64,000 nucleotides of DNA from Oikopleura dioica. Taxonomy: Eukaryota; Animalia; Chordata. Shown here in pieces: positions 1 to 13,100 of this stretch; the stretch's first letter is position 1; the number at the start of each line of letters is the position of its first letter. Position numbers and translations under genes: made by a program. Below the pieces are notes generated by a model. That model did no database searches, was not told the DNA's origin, and saw only the letters and a list, made by a program, of their open reading frames with translations. The stretch is from the NCBI GenBank assembly GCA_907165135.1, contig OU015566.1:5642001-5706000 (forward strand), read 5' to 3'.

Positions 1-3000
1 AGCTCGGCCGAGCAGTTGTCCGAAGAACTGAAATCAACGATGAGAACGATCAAAAATTGAAGAGAAGGTACTTTGAACTTGTTGGTGATGTGAGTAACGG
101 TACTCTTTTTGCAGGACTTTGCGATAGGATTAGGGAAAAGTCCTTCGCCACGGGTGGTGGAGTCGATCACTTGAGATTTTCCTATTTCTTGGTTCAGCGA
201 TTACTTGATCAAAAAAGAGAAAAAAAAATGAACCAAGCCTTTTAGATTATCTTCAATTTGGCGATGGCCTCTCCAAAGACCCAAGTCTGTTCTTTGGATC
301 TCCTTTGACACCTTAAATAATCATGAGACGCTGGTAGAATGTTCTGAAACTAACCAAAGTGTAAAACTCAAGTGTAGGACCGAGGCCAGTGCCGACTTCA
401 TCCGAATATTGAACTTCGATGTAGGCGTTTGAATTTTTCGTTTTGTTAAGCAGCTCTTCAGCGTCTTGTAGAATTCGGCTTCGGTCGACGATTTTCTTTT
501 CCCGCGAGCTGCGCTCCGAGTTGAGTCGTCGACTGGAGCTCATATCGTGGTCGGGGTTGCGCTCGACGAACTTGGCGAGGGCGCGTTGTCGGTCAAACGC
601 GGTAATGTAGAACAGATAGCGTCGCAGGTCAAAGGGCAAAAGGAATGAACTGTTTTCAATGAGATCAGAGAGCCAGCTGGGCAGCGTACCCGAGAGTACG
701 TTTAATGGATCCTAAATTGTTTTTCTTTGAATTTTTCTTTTGATAACCAACAAACCTGAAGTTGACGCCAGACTTTTGAAGTGATGGAATGGTTTTCGAA
801 TTCCTCGGGTTCGATGAGCATCTTCTTGCTGCAACTATTGCTGGGCGAAAAGAGCGTTTGCCAGAAACGCGAGAGCCCGAATAAACCACGCAAAAGCCCA
901 ACTAAATACGTATTTGAGAAAAAAAGAAATGAAGAATGATTCCGTACTAGCAGAGAAGAGGGTCGCTTCATCGTTTTGTTTTCCGGTCAAGCTGGTAAAA
1001 TAAGGTCTGATAGGGTTTTCTTGTGATTTGACGACTCCGTCGGTCCAGAGGGGCGAATCGGATGAAAGGTGCTTGATCTCGTGAATTTTTGGCTGCTTTT
1101 CTTTTTACTATCTTGATCCATGCTCTGAAGAAAGACCATAAGTACTTTTTATCGTTCCGCCGTTTAAAATTTCTTCCTAACTCATATCCAAACCGGACTT
1201 TTAGTCTAGTATACCTATCGTCTAATTTTGCCTAATATTTGCGCCCAACAAGAGTGGGTTATCAACTACAAAATACCTCTTTTGGGATAAGCTTGTAAGT
1301 AATCGTGAAGGTTCGTCCCCAGATCATATTCTGATATTCTTCGTCATCGGAGAGTTCAGAGCCAGACTCTTCACATTCTCTGATCGCCTGGTAGATTGTT
1401 ATGTTCGGCGCCAGTTTTTGGCCATTGATGAAAAGGTCAAGGAGTCGCTGACCCCGAGCGAAGGCGATGAATGAGGGCTGATCAGACTCGTCATCGGATT
1501 CTTATTATCGTTTATCAATCAAAAAGAGATGAAGCGAAAGGATACCTGAGTCGTTTTCTTCAGAGTCGGAATTGCGAACTTCTGTGACGGAAAAACCAAA
1601 GCCCTTCATCACCAAATGTCGTTCAATGGCAGAAACGGGCGCAAGAGGGTCAATTTTAACAGGTCCACTCGTCCATTGCTTCGTCTTTGGGCAACTTGGG
1701 TCTTTTTGAAGGACACATTTGACCTTTTTCTTTTGCTTAGTGTTCATAATTCTGTGAAACAAAAACGAATCAAGCAACCTATTGAACACTTTCCTGACTA
1801 TGCTGCGAGCCACCGGTCATACTTCGCCCATGTTGAATGTCAAACAATTTGACTGGGAACTTTTCCACATGCGAGACGATTTGGTGAATCTTAGCGACAA
1901 GCTTCTCCAGGAGCTCTGTGTTTTGAGGGATGACAACATCGGTAGTGTTCAATTCGGATTCTTTTGGCAGCGATGCGAATACTCGGAGAAACTCTTTTTG
2001 GTTGAGCGACGAAGCTTGGAGATATTCGAAAAGGCTTTCCATTATCTTCGTGTGGATGATTTCGAATGGGGATAAGTCTTGTGCCTAAATAATAAACGCT
2101 CGTAAAACAGTATTTTTCACAAAATTACCGTTAAAATAGAGGCGAACTGCTCTAGTCCCTGAATTTGCTTGCTCAAATCGCCTTGTTTCAGCATTTCATT
2201 GACTTCAATCAGTTGCGTAATCAACGCGCTTTGCCCTTCCTCATTTTCTTGATCCTTGAAAAATTCTTCGAGGATTTCCTTCGATTCCTGTCGCGCCCAA
2301 TTGAGCTCGATTTCCTTTCGTGATTGTGAATCGCATCGGTTTCGGTAGTGAGACTGAGTTTCGGTCTTTCCTGAAGAGGTAGGAATCTGGAGCATGGAAT
2401 TGGCGGAAAGGGTCGTGGCGGAAGTGGCGGTGGAGCTTCCTTCCGCGGATTCGCTGCTTGGTGCTGCTGGGGGAGCTTCGGGCTCTTGTTCTTTTCGCTT
2501 TACGTCAGTTGGAAGAGTGGGGATAGGAAGTGGATTCGTGGGTGATTCAAGAGATTCCAGAGCTTGTTGAACTTTTATTTCTTTCTCGACATTGGCGATC
2601 GCATCGTTCAGCTGTTCCTTGACCGTCTTTTCCGTCGCATCTATTTTCTCCGCATCAGGATAGAGCTTTCGGCTGGGCATAAGAGAGGTAAGATAAGAAC
2701 CCGATTTTCGCGACTTGACTCGTTTAGTCTCAGATTGGCTTCCAGCAAATCGAAGTGGTCGGTTTTGATCTGAAGGTGTCGTCGCCAACGATGCCGGAGC
2801 GCTCAGAGGGCCGGAAACACTAGTGCTGTGGACTCGCAATTTTCGCGTCTGCAACTGCGTCAAGCAATGAACAAGGCCTTCTCGCTGGAACTTGGACTGG
2901 AACTCTGGGAGAATCGATAGGACAGTTCTTGTCAATTGCAACGCAGGGACAAGGATACGCGTGTCCGATGAATCCAAGAGCTGCTGAATCTGACTACAAG

Positions 3001-4943
3001 TTTCGCTCTCCTGCGACGCCAAAAGCTCTCGAAGAACATCAGCTGTTGTGCTGTAAGACATTCTGATGACGATTTGAATGACGGAAACGCGCACTGAAGT
3101 GTTTGGAGCAGCGTTGAGAAGCTTCCAACAAAGTGGGTAGAGAGACTTGATCAATCCTGCGCACATTTTCATGTCATTTTCGCTCACTTCAGCAGCTGGG
3201 CTGGGCGCACGCTCGGAAGCCTCTGACTCGTCATAGTCGTCGTCGAGAAAGTCAGTGTCAAGATCAAGCTCTATCGGATGCTCGACTCGCTTTTCCGTTC
3301 CTTTTGGCAAAAGCGCAGTCGCTAATCGAATCGCTTCGACGAGTTCTTGGGCTTCTCGCTGAGGACTAGCAGCGATGTCGACAGTCAAAATCCCCTGCAA
3401 GGCACTTGGAATCGACGATTCGCAAATTTCAACCTGTGTCTGTGGGCAAGCCTCGGCCATGTAAGTCAACGAACGAAGGCAGATCGTCGCCAAGTTCGCG
3501 GACAAATTCTGAGGATCGCAAACCACTTTGATCAAATTCTCAGCGATGTTCGAGCGTCGCAATTTCTCCATAACTTCAGAATTCATCGTGTGACGCCTGT
3601 CGACGAGCTTGCAGATCGCCTGGATGCTGAGCTCCATTGATCGACGATCAGAGTGCTGAAGTCGGGAGACAATTGCTGGAAGAGCATCTTCGACGAGATG
3701 GAATTCCGTCCCGCAGTACTCGAGAGCACGCATGCAGGAAAGGACGATATTTAACGCGTGCCGTTGAGCGACGATCGAGAAGAAATCAAGGAAGAGGACA
3801 ACTTGGGAGCAGCCTCTTTCCAAAAGAATCTGACGGCCATGGCGCGCAGAGAGTTTTTCTAAGCAAGAGAGACTTTGTTCCGCGACGCCGAGGAGGCCAT
3901 CATCGTGAATGCAAGCCACTCGCTCGAGCAAAGCTGGAATCGCTTCGGAAACGGCTTGGAGAGATCGTGGGAGAGACTCGAGCAAATACGTCAAAGCTCG
4001 CGCGGCGTGCTGTGATACTTCAACTTCGTTATCTTTCAAATGCGTGATAAGAAGGGGGACGGCGGCGCGATAGTTGAACCCAACTAGATTATCCTCCGTT
4101 CCCATACACAGCATTTGACAAAGATCAGTCAGCGCGGGCAAAGCGCCGATTCCGACGTGACCCAGTTGCTCAATCAATCTCGAGTGGCTCGAATTGGGCA
4201 TCGGCATCATCGATGTTCGGATGATTTGCTGCATTCTGGGGCCGAAAACTTGGAATAGATTTTGTGGGAAGCGACTCTCAAGCATGCTCTGCAGCTGGCG
4301 CAGCTCTTCTGCGTGCTCGTCCATTGCTTGCTGTTCTGGATTGGACGGATTTGAGGTGGATTGAGGCGCGTTTTGGGAGTTGGCAGCAGCTCCAGAGGAT
4401 GGCTCTTCGGAGGACTCAAGGTTTTGATTGCCTCCGGAAGATGGGACAGGAGCGTTTTCCTTAAAAATTAGAGTATTTTATCTGAAGGGTGATTCGAGCA
4501 TTGTTAGAAAATCGCCTTTAGCTTTTGGTCACTGGGTTAAGTTTATTTACCTGTCCTTGCTGATCATTTGACTGATTACTGTCTTCCATTCTCTGCTGCG
4601 ATCTGTCGCGATTTGAGCTCCGCCTCCCTGTTCCTAGTGAAGTACAGCCACCCAGGGTGTTGGCTGACGGTCGCCTCCTTTTCTTCTGTCTATTCGACTT
4701 GCTACTCGGCCTCTTTCGGCTGTTCTTCGGAGACGCGCTGACTTCAGGAGTCGCTGGTGGCGGCGGGGGAAGCTCTTCTTTTTTCGGAGATGGTTTAGGC
4801 TTCTTCTTCTTTGGACTTGAGGAAGAAGATGATTCCCCCCGTTCGGAAGTGCTCGCTTCAGGAGCCTCTGTACTGTAAAACTCTGGTTTCTTTAACTTGT
4901 TTCTGGGCCGCAAAGATCGTGATCGCTTATTCGATTCGCTCAT
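1..4943 (-). CDS. TRIP12: TRIP12/Ufd4-type HECT E3 ubiquitin ligase, multi-exon, 3' end beyond the left edge
   Basis: ORF 2117-4324 has the ARM-like region (ALTDLCQMLCMGTEDNL...ARALTYLLESLPRS...AEQSLSCLEKLS). ORF 313-639 has the pre-HECT/HECT start IEVQYSDEVGTGLGPTLEFYTLVS, continued by SKEIQRTDLGLWRG in the next exon. Candidate ATG at 4941-4943. Confidence 0.92.
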
Positions 4944-5280
4944 GAGTACATTCACTCATTTAGAAAAACTGCATGCGAAGGTCCCTTTCCGACTTTCGAC
5001 TCTAGAAAGATCCGCTTTTGAAACTCAAATTTTGAATAATTATTATTTAATAAAATTTCCGATAGTATGATGAGGTTTTGTTTGTTGGTTTTTGCTTTTG
5101 ATGATTGGAATTCATTTTGGAATGAAGTTGGTAAAGTTGCGAAAAGTTTACTTTGAAAAGTCTAGTAGATAGGAACCGAAAAATGTCTCAAAGACATGAT
5201 ACAGATGATGTCTCGCGAGGATGAAGAAATAAATGATGAAATAATCGAGGCAGTTTAATGACGAATAAATGAGCAAGAAA

Positions 5281-5529
5281 TCAGTCGAAGAGGGCGCCGA
5301 CCACAATGTCGGAAATGGAATCGTCGTAGTCGTCGAATTTCGAGTTTCCGTTGTAGAAAATTGAGCCTTTTGGGATGGGAGCGGGGAAAATCGGGATTTT
5401 TGAGTTGATGGCTTGGTCTTCGGTGTTTTGGAAGTCGAGGATGTTTTCTTCGGGCACGACGGCTTTGACGAATTTGAGCAGGTAGCGAGGATATTGAGGC
5501 CAGCTTCCAACGGCTAAAAATTGGTTCAT
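5281..5529 (-). CDS. Small hypothetical protein (~82 aa, MNQFLAVGSWPQYPRY...), family not recognised
   Basis: Open frame with an ATG after an A-rich context, co-oriented between the PX gene and TRIP12. No motif recognised; further splicing possible. Confidence 0.4.
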   Translation of the reverse strand: MNQFLAVGSWPQYPRYLLKFVKAVVPEENILDFQNTEDQAINSKIPIFPAPIPKGSIFYNGNSKFDDYDDSISDIVVGALFD

Positions 5530-6035
5530 TTTAGAGGACAAAAGGTAAATAATCGTATTGACACGCAATTTTACTGTTGCGTGTCATCCCCCTGACCCAA
5601 ATCTCGTAGTCCACATGATTACACAGGGTGAAGTCGAGAGTTCCCAATATTTTGCGTATAAAAAGAGCCTCGGAGAAGAGATTTTATAAAAAGATATGAA
5701 AATGAAGCAAAATCAAAAGATCAAATTTTGCCGATACTTAACGACTGCAGTCAAAATTTCAGATGAAAAAGACTTTCTTTCGTACAATTTCTGAAATAAA
5801 GCTTACCTAAAATTCTATCTAATAATCATGAGTTTTGAAAACTGAAATTCATGGGTCGTTCTCAACATTATATTTCAAAGGTAGATGATATGAATGATAA
5901 AGATTTATCTCAGGCTCTCATCTTTTATCAAGATTTTGAATAGGGATTAGATAGGGGACGTAGAAAATTTTTTCATGTATAAAGGTCAGCTGCTAAAATA
6001 GTGAGAAGTACTCCTCTAAATACGATTTTTTTAAT

Positions 6036-6490
6036 TCAAAGAGAAAATAAGATATGAAACGAAGATATTTGAAATGATATGGCATCTATAAATGCTATGG
6101 CTAGAGTTGGTATGTTTCTTGCTTTCTTCTGAAATAAAATAAAACCTGAAAAGTATCTGTCCAGCATCAATCTTCTCTGTTCCAATCCAGCTTCGCTTCT
6201 ATTCTCGGTAAATCGCGAGGGGAAATGCGGAAGTCTCAAGTCTGAACACACTCACTCGAAATCAGTTGATAAGGGATATTCGCTTACATCCGCATTTCTC
6301 AGCTGTCGCCTTGAGTGGTTCGGCCAGGGGACGAATATCCGAGTAGCGGTACCATGTCTCTGTCTTTCGAGAGCCTACTGTAGCTCTAATATTATTATTT
6401 TGAGAAGGAAACAAGAAGGAGAACTTACTCTATGAGAAAATACGTTTTTCTGTCGTTGTTTACTTGAAATTTACTCACACATAAGTCCAT
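6036..6490 (-). CDS. Small PX-domain protein, SNX22/SNX24-like
   Basis: Joining exons over two GT-AG introns gives MDLCVSKFQVNNDRKTYFLIEATVGSRKTETWYRYSDIRPL...LRLPHFPSRFTENRSEAGLEQRRLMLDRYF. This has the PX RYSD, FP and LEQRR..L..Y motifs. Confidence 0.8.
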
Positions 6491-6939
6491 ATTCTGAGCT
6501 GAAAGATCCAATTTAAAGGTGGATAAATACTGTTTGTTTTATTTAAATATTATATTAAAATTTTAAATAAAAATGTTGTTTGAGGTTTCAGGTGAACACA
6601 ACGGACACAATATGCAGATTCTTATTTTTTAAAATCTATTTTAATAATAATAATAGAAATAGTGAATGAAGACAGACGGGGTTTTTAAAGTTTTGCTAGT
6701 GTTTGAAACTATAATTGTATAAATAGAAAAAGTGTTTTTTTTACTGTAGTACGCCTTTTTTAGATGCAACTGAAAGTTTGATGAAGTATCTTTTTTGGTA
6801 TATTTTATAAGGGAAAGAGGATCACAGTGATGAAAGTTGAGAAAGAACTTGAAGTGGAACAGAATGACGCTTTTTTAATGTTTTTCAGAGTTTGTTGTTG
6901 TTTGTTTTCAGGGTTGATTGTTTAGCCGCTGCGTAGAAG

Positions 6940-8806
6940 TTAAGCATCACGAAGATAAACGGCTTCAGTCCGTCGCCGAGAACGAGAGTGTACTAAAAGA
7001 GGGTAGATAATGGACTGTAGAAAGGATGCTCTTACTTTTGAGGTGTCTTTGAATTGCAGCGTCAAGTTCGCCTTATTATCATCTTCGATGTTCGTCAACG
7101 CGTGCGCTTCCTGGTGCACAATCACATTTCTCGTCTTTGCTTCGTAGAGCCTGATGCCCTCGAGCCAGTGGATGCCAAGGTATGCTGTGGCGTTGTTGTA
7201 AATCACCTCGACCAAAGCTTCCTTGATGTCTCGCACATTGTCATTTCTCGTTTCTTTGATCGACTCAAGCCAGCTTTTGGAACCGGAGCAGCGTAGTTCC
7301 ATTGCTCGTACTTCTCGCTGCGTCGCCATCCGGATCAGAATATTCGCTAGAAATTGATCCACAACCTTTGTTTCAATCGAAAATCCTACATTTCTTGTCG
7401 ATAATATGAGCAGAGAGAAGTGGCGTTCCAAAGACGGGTTTTGACCAGCCTTCCCAGTCCTTGGGCAGCGCGTCGTAAAATCGAAGCTCTTGAGAAGTGA
7501 GCATCATCAGATAGTGCTTTCGCTCGTTTTCGTGGAAGACCCAGTCCATTCGAATACAATATTGAGCTGAACAATTATATTACTTTTGCCGATCTTTGAT
7601 TGGCTCAGATAAAGAATACTGGCTTCTTCTAGGTCATTCTCTTTGATTGCCACAAAAAGCGAATATTCGTCTTTGATTGGCCAGAATCCCCAAATAAGCA
7701 CACATTCCCCATAAATTTTATAGCATAAAATCCTTGTTGAGACTTACAGGCAGTGTTGAGATCTTTCAAAAACTGGTCGCACTTGGGCATGCTCGCCTGT
7801 TTCGCCAGAGCTTCGTTGAAGCTTTTCATTTTGGTGAAATGATTCTTGGTCCTTTGCAGCGCCAGAACACAGTCATCCGCGACCGCTTCTGACTCGCATT
7901 TGACTACGATCCGATTCGACAGACAACCTGAGGCGACCTGAAAGGGTTTTCTAGGGACGGTTATAGAAGAAGATTTACCTCGATACAGTGATCTCCGAAT
8001 TTAGTGGCGCGGGAAAGACGGGCCATCCACAATGGGTTGCAGCCGAGTTCTTGGTAGATTTTGGACAGTTCGATCGGCCAATGGGTCGTTTTCCAAGTTT
8101 CGCTTCTTACTTGCAATCGTAATTTGTCGCCAGAACTAAATAATTTCTTTGTAATTTTTTTAAAAGAATGTCATTTGCTTACCTTTGAATTGCATCTACC
8201 GCCTCTTTGTGCGTCGCATTAAGCATCGATTTCTCATTACAAGCGATGATTCTGTCGCCAATATTAATATTCGAATGTCTTCTGTCACATTTCGAAATGA
8301 AGATCGGCCTCGAGCTGCCACTCTGATTGCTTTTGTCGCCTCCTTTTATCGAGATTCCGAAGGAGCTGTTTTTGCGCGAAATTTCGACAGTTCGGATTTC
8401 TGTTCCGCCATCTTTGATAGTTTTATCGAAATAGAAAGAAGAAGGAACTACCTGTAGAGTCGGTTTTGGAATAGTAGTCGATTAGTCCCGTACTTTGATC
8501 AATCGAGATTTGCGCCTGAAATGAAAATTTGGCTAAACTGAACATAAAAAAATTGTGTCCCAAAATGGGCCCACTTTGAGGCATGATAATCCACTGTATC
8601 TTTTATGAACTTAATCTCTAAGAAACCTGTCTTTGAATAATCTCTAGTAACTGCGGCATTTTTCGCTTTTTTTTATATGAAAGTGTACCGCGCAAAAGAA
8701 GGATCGAAAAAATGCATCTAGAAAATCCAACGATTTGTACCTGAATTGGTGGAGACGGATCGCACACATCATTTCGAACATAAACTTGAACTGGAATCCT
8801 CTTCAT
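6940..8806 (-). CDS. Syntrophin-like adaptor (PDZ + PH + SU-like tail), closest to the gamma type
   Basis: Minus-strand exon ~8185-8410 reads SFGISIKGGDKSNQSGSSRPIFISK...IGDRIIACNEKSMLNATHKEAV (syntrophin-type PDZ). The C-terminal TNIEDDNKANLTLQF resembles the SU-domain SSDDGK motif. The middle exons are only tentatively PH-like. Confidence 0.7.
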
Positions 8807-8993
8807 TTTTCTCGTTTTCGTTTTACAAATCAGCTTCTTTTCATTCTTCAACATTTAGTGTGAAGATTTGAAGATTCAGTCAATTCGAATGTACAAGATT
8901 TTTTAATCTTTCGGCAGGAGAAGTTAATTTCTTTTTACATTTACAGAAGCGATGTTTCTTTATTATAACCTGACATATTTTTGATAAGAAATA

Positions 8994-9867
8994 GGGAGAC
9001 GCTCGGTTCGTGTACCAATTGGTATTCGAATACCAAAATTGGTATTCAAATACCAAAATTGGTATTCGAATACCAAATTTCGTTAAAAAGTCCGAATTTG
9101 ATACACCTAAAGAGACCCTATGACGATTTTCAATAAGGATTTCTGAGTGAAATTCTGACCCCCCTTTTTTAATAGCTCATTGAAAAGAGCGTAAAAAGTT
9201 ATCCCAGATTTCCCCGGAAAAGGATGAAATTTCCGAAGAAATAGCGTCATGGCACGTGACTGAAGTCCCAAAAGTACCAAAACTTTCCCGCCCGGGCATT
9301 TTCGACTCGTCTGAGATACAAGAGCTTGTAATAGCTCAAAATGATCGTCTTGGCGAGTTCTTGGTGGGCATCTTATTTTCATCCGTCTTCAACCCTATTT
9401 CATCCCTTTATCTATTGCTAGAAAAATAGAAATTTAAAAAAGGGTTGAAAAGGGATGAAAACTTGATGCCCACCAAGAGCTAGCAGAGACGATCATTTTG
9501 AGCTATTACAAGCCTTATTAGCTCAGACGAGTCGAAAATGCTCGAGCGGGAAAGTTTGAGTTTTTTGGGACTTCAGTCACGTGCCATCACATCATTTTTG
9601 GAAAACTTCATCATTTTCCGGGCGAATCTGGGATAACTTTTTACGCTCTTTTCAATGAGCAAATAAAATAGGGGGTAAGGATTTCACTCAGAAATCCTTA
9701 TTGAAAATCGTCTATGCGCTCCGCGCCTGTCATGTAGGAAACTTTTGGAGAGGTTTACTAGTTTTTGAAGGAAAAAATATGATCCGGTAAAAAAAATTTG
9801 GTATTGGAATACCAAAAATTGGTATTCGAATACCAAAAAATTTTGGTACACGAATCGAGCGTCCCCG
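8994..9867. mobile_element. Non-autonomous TIR element with 8-bp TSD, carrying a nested element
   Basis: Termini GGGAGACGCTCGGTTCGTGTACC and reverse-complemented CGGGGACGCTCGATTCGTGTACC. AAGAAATA at 8986-8993 and 9868-9875. Subterminal TTGGTATTCGAATACCAA palindromic repeats. Confidence 0.8.
9122..9712. mobile_element. Foldback MITE (~290-bp arms) with 3-bp TSD, PIF/Harbinger-like, nested in 8994-9867
   Basis: GACGATTTTCAATAAGGATTTCTGAGTGAAAT...ATTTCACTCAGAAATCCTTATTGAAAATCGTC, with inverted arms over most of its length. TAT at 9119-9121 and 9713-9715. Superfamily inferred from TSD length only. Confidence 0.75.
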
Positions 9868-10108
9868 AAGAAATAATAAAAGAAATGAAAGGCAGCTCGG
9901 GCAGGTAAGAGTTACAAAATCGGAACTAGGATGCTCTAGGGTGGGCGAAAATGGTCAAAAAAATGGGGAAGGAGGGTTCCTCATCCCTTGCGGGGGCCAT
10001 CTTCCTTTTGCCAACCCTAGGGGATAAGATATGTTAGAAAAATAAAGTTGAACAAGTTTTTTTTTGAGGTTTGGAATTGACGGGACTGAAAGAAGAAAAT
10101 CTGAAACT

Positions 10109-13100
10109 CTAGGAGTCGTAGCCATTGATTTCGTGGCCCTGTAGATCGAGAACTCTCTCGTTGCTCTGGCAGATTTGAAGCTCTCGCTCTAAGTCCTCCG
10201 TCAAGCTGGCGAAGGTCTGACGCTCCTTGGGATTACTGTCGCGCGGCTGCAGAAAAAAAAGATTAATGCCGCGGATCTAAGACCCTCAGAATTGAATTTA
10301 AGAAATCGAAAATAAATTGCGCAGCCACGCTCCTTTTCCAACAGTCGGCCATGATTTGGTAGATGCTGCGCGAGGCGAAAGGCGGATGAGCCAGGCGATT
10401 ACCATCTTCGAGGAAATCCTTCACCTGAACAAATCTGTTTTAACGACTATTGAGGCCCACACGCCTTATCCTAGGCCCGGCGACCTGAGTAGAAAATCTG
10501 AGTAAGGGTCTAGATATTTCCGCGGCATGTCTCACCTCTTGTGCGGTCTTAGTCTGATAGGGCGCATTCCCTAAACTAAAAATCTCCCACATAGTGACCC
10601 CAAAAGCCCAGACATCCGATTGCGTCGTGAACTTGTGCTCCTTGATGCTCTCCAGTGCCATCCACTTCCAGGGCAGTTTCCCGCGGGATGAGCGGTAGTA
10701 GTTTTCTTCTTTTGAGAGGCCGAAATCGGACACTTTCATCGTCAGGTCGGAAGAAACGAGGATATTGCGAGCAGCTAAATCGCGGTGGACGAAGTTGTTT
10801 TCCGAGAGGAAGCACATTCCAGCAGCGATCTTGAAAGATTGTTTATTAAAGTTAACATATTTCTATGTGACATTTGGGCCAATAAGAGGGAAGTATAATT
10901 AATCTCAACGAATCAAAAATCAACCCCAAAGAAACCCTACAATCAACGCTAATTCAACAGTCTACTCGAAAATAACGTCATTTTTGAGCAAGTGGTCTTA
11001 TTATAACTGTAAATAAACTGTACCTGGAATGAAAATTTGATTAAATCTCCGTCCGTAAGTCTGAGCGACGAAGACGCCTAAAAATTCATTTCAAAATCAG
11101 CCTTTATCAATGAATAAACAAACCTTTGCTCCATTTTCCCTTCTTTCTCTGATGTCCTTCAAAACATTTCTCAGAAACTTGAGCAGGTCTCCATTCTTAA
11201 AAAAAAGCGCGTCACTCAAAATGAAAAAGTCCTTGCCTTACCTCCGCATATTCGATTACGAGAAAGGGCCATTTGGTCGGCTCAGGGGTGTAGCCGCAGC
11301 CCAGAAGTTGAATCACATATTGGTGGTAATTTCTGTTCTGGTTTCTTTCGATAAATCTCTGGCGGTATTCAGCGACCTAAATTTTTCAGCGATTAATTAA
11401 TCGAAAAGCGCTGGTTCTCTCAGGGGAGGATAAGGAGATCATTCTGCCATAAATCGAACATGACTTCGAGTAATGACCGCATACTGGGGATTATACCACC
11501 ATTAACTGTTCCTTCCCACAAGCAATTGTATACTGAATGTAATGTTTTTAGGGTCTTTTTTCGGCAAAGTTAAAATGGAACGGTAAAATTATCGTTTTTA
11601 CGCGTCAAAAATGCTCCTTGATTCATTATTTCCCACTTGTTCGTCACTCTTTCGTCGAAAGAGCAATCCTAATCCAGTTAGATTTTGCGATTTGTCTCGA
11701 ATGTGACGTGAAAAGCAACACGAGTAACAGTAATCCTGGATTACGACAAATTCTCGATAATTACTATTATTACGATGGCGCACCTCCGACATTTCCCACC
11801 TATAAATAGCATCCTGTCTAGGTTTTTTCAACTCAAATTTCAACAAGAAAAATCTAAAAAAAGTCAACAATGATTTCCTCCTTCTCTTTCTTCCTCCTTG
11901 TTTCCGCCCGCAAGCATGAAAACACCGAACTCGGTTTAATGCTTTCAAAGTCGCTGATGGCTTCTGTACCAAACCACCGACCCCCGATGAGCTTTCAAAC
12001 AGGTCTCCTAAGGCGAGGAAGGAGCTATCGACGCGATGGTTCTGATGATCAAGTCTGCTACTTGCACAAAACCATGCGGGATAGCGAAACTATTGTCAAT
12101 GACAACATCTGCGGTGACCATATTACAAGAAGATACCTCGTCGACTCGGTAAAGTGTTATTGTATGATCCTTATACAAATCTTTGATTCAGGTTTGTGGT
12201 CGAGGTGAAAGAAGCTGCTTCAAATGCAACTCAAATTTCGTTAAAATTGATGTTCCCGACATTGAAATCGCGAAATGCATTCCTCCAGTAGTTGATCTTT
12301 TCGACTCGGCTAGCGTTTCTCATCTTTGTCATGTAACGATGAGATCTTATGGGATCTGTGAATCTCCATCTGATCAAGGAACCTGCGGGGGTCTCTACTC
12401 TACCTACAGTTTTAACAGTAAGCCGAGTTGAAGTCTTTTTTTCCTCTATCGAAATTTTAAGCTAACGAGCGAGAACGAAATCTGTTCAACTACGAGTGTT
12501 GCAAGATTAGACTATCCGATCCGGGAAATAAGATCGGATGCAGCCCAAAAGGATACAAGACGAGAGAACTCGAACTGTAAGGCACAAAAATGCAAATATC
12601 CTTTCTAACTCTTAAAATTCAAGCTCGATCGAAAAGAAATCCGGTCAAGTTGTGACGATGCGATTTTCTCTCGCTATGCCCCAACGATGCTGCGCCGACA
12701 TTTAGATTTTTTCATAAAAGTTAAATTTGTTGATAGTTACTGAAATTCTGCTTGTACGTTCTTTTTGTTCAAAACCGTTTGCCAACCAGAACTGATATTT
12801 TGTTGCAAATATACATACGGAATAGAAATACGTCTCCTTTATACAGAGCGTATGTTAGCCATTTTTTGTTGAAATCAACAAAAAGAATCGCTTTTAATAT
12901 ATAATTGGTTGAATGATTTAGCATTTTCGCGAGAGTGCAATATTCTCCTTGATGATCAAGGCTTGATCCTTACCTTCATCATGATTTTGAGTTCTTTGAA
13001 CAAACTCTCCAACGCCATCTTTTGCTCTTCCGGATTCGCGTTTTCCACTCTTCCAACTTTGAGCGCGACCCTTCGTTTCTCATTAATCTCGCTTCTGATT

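Noticed and set aside
11598-11972. Minus-strand ORF 11598-11972 and plus-strand ORF 11618-11809 as extra nested genes
   Set aside because: No motif; they overlap the likely promoter and first exon of the nested Cys-rich gene.
12340-12431. CESPSDQGTCGGLYSTYSFN as a Kunitz domain
   Set aside because: The first two Cys fit, but the following exon lacks the F.YGGC.GN.N.F pattern.
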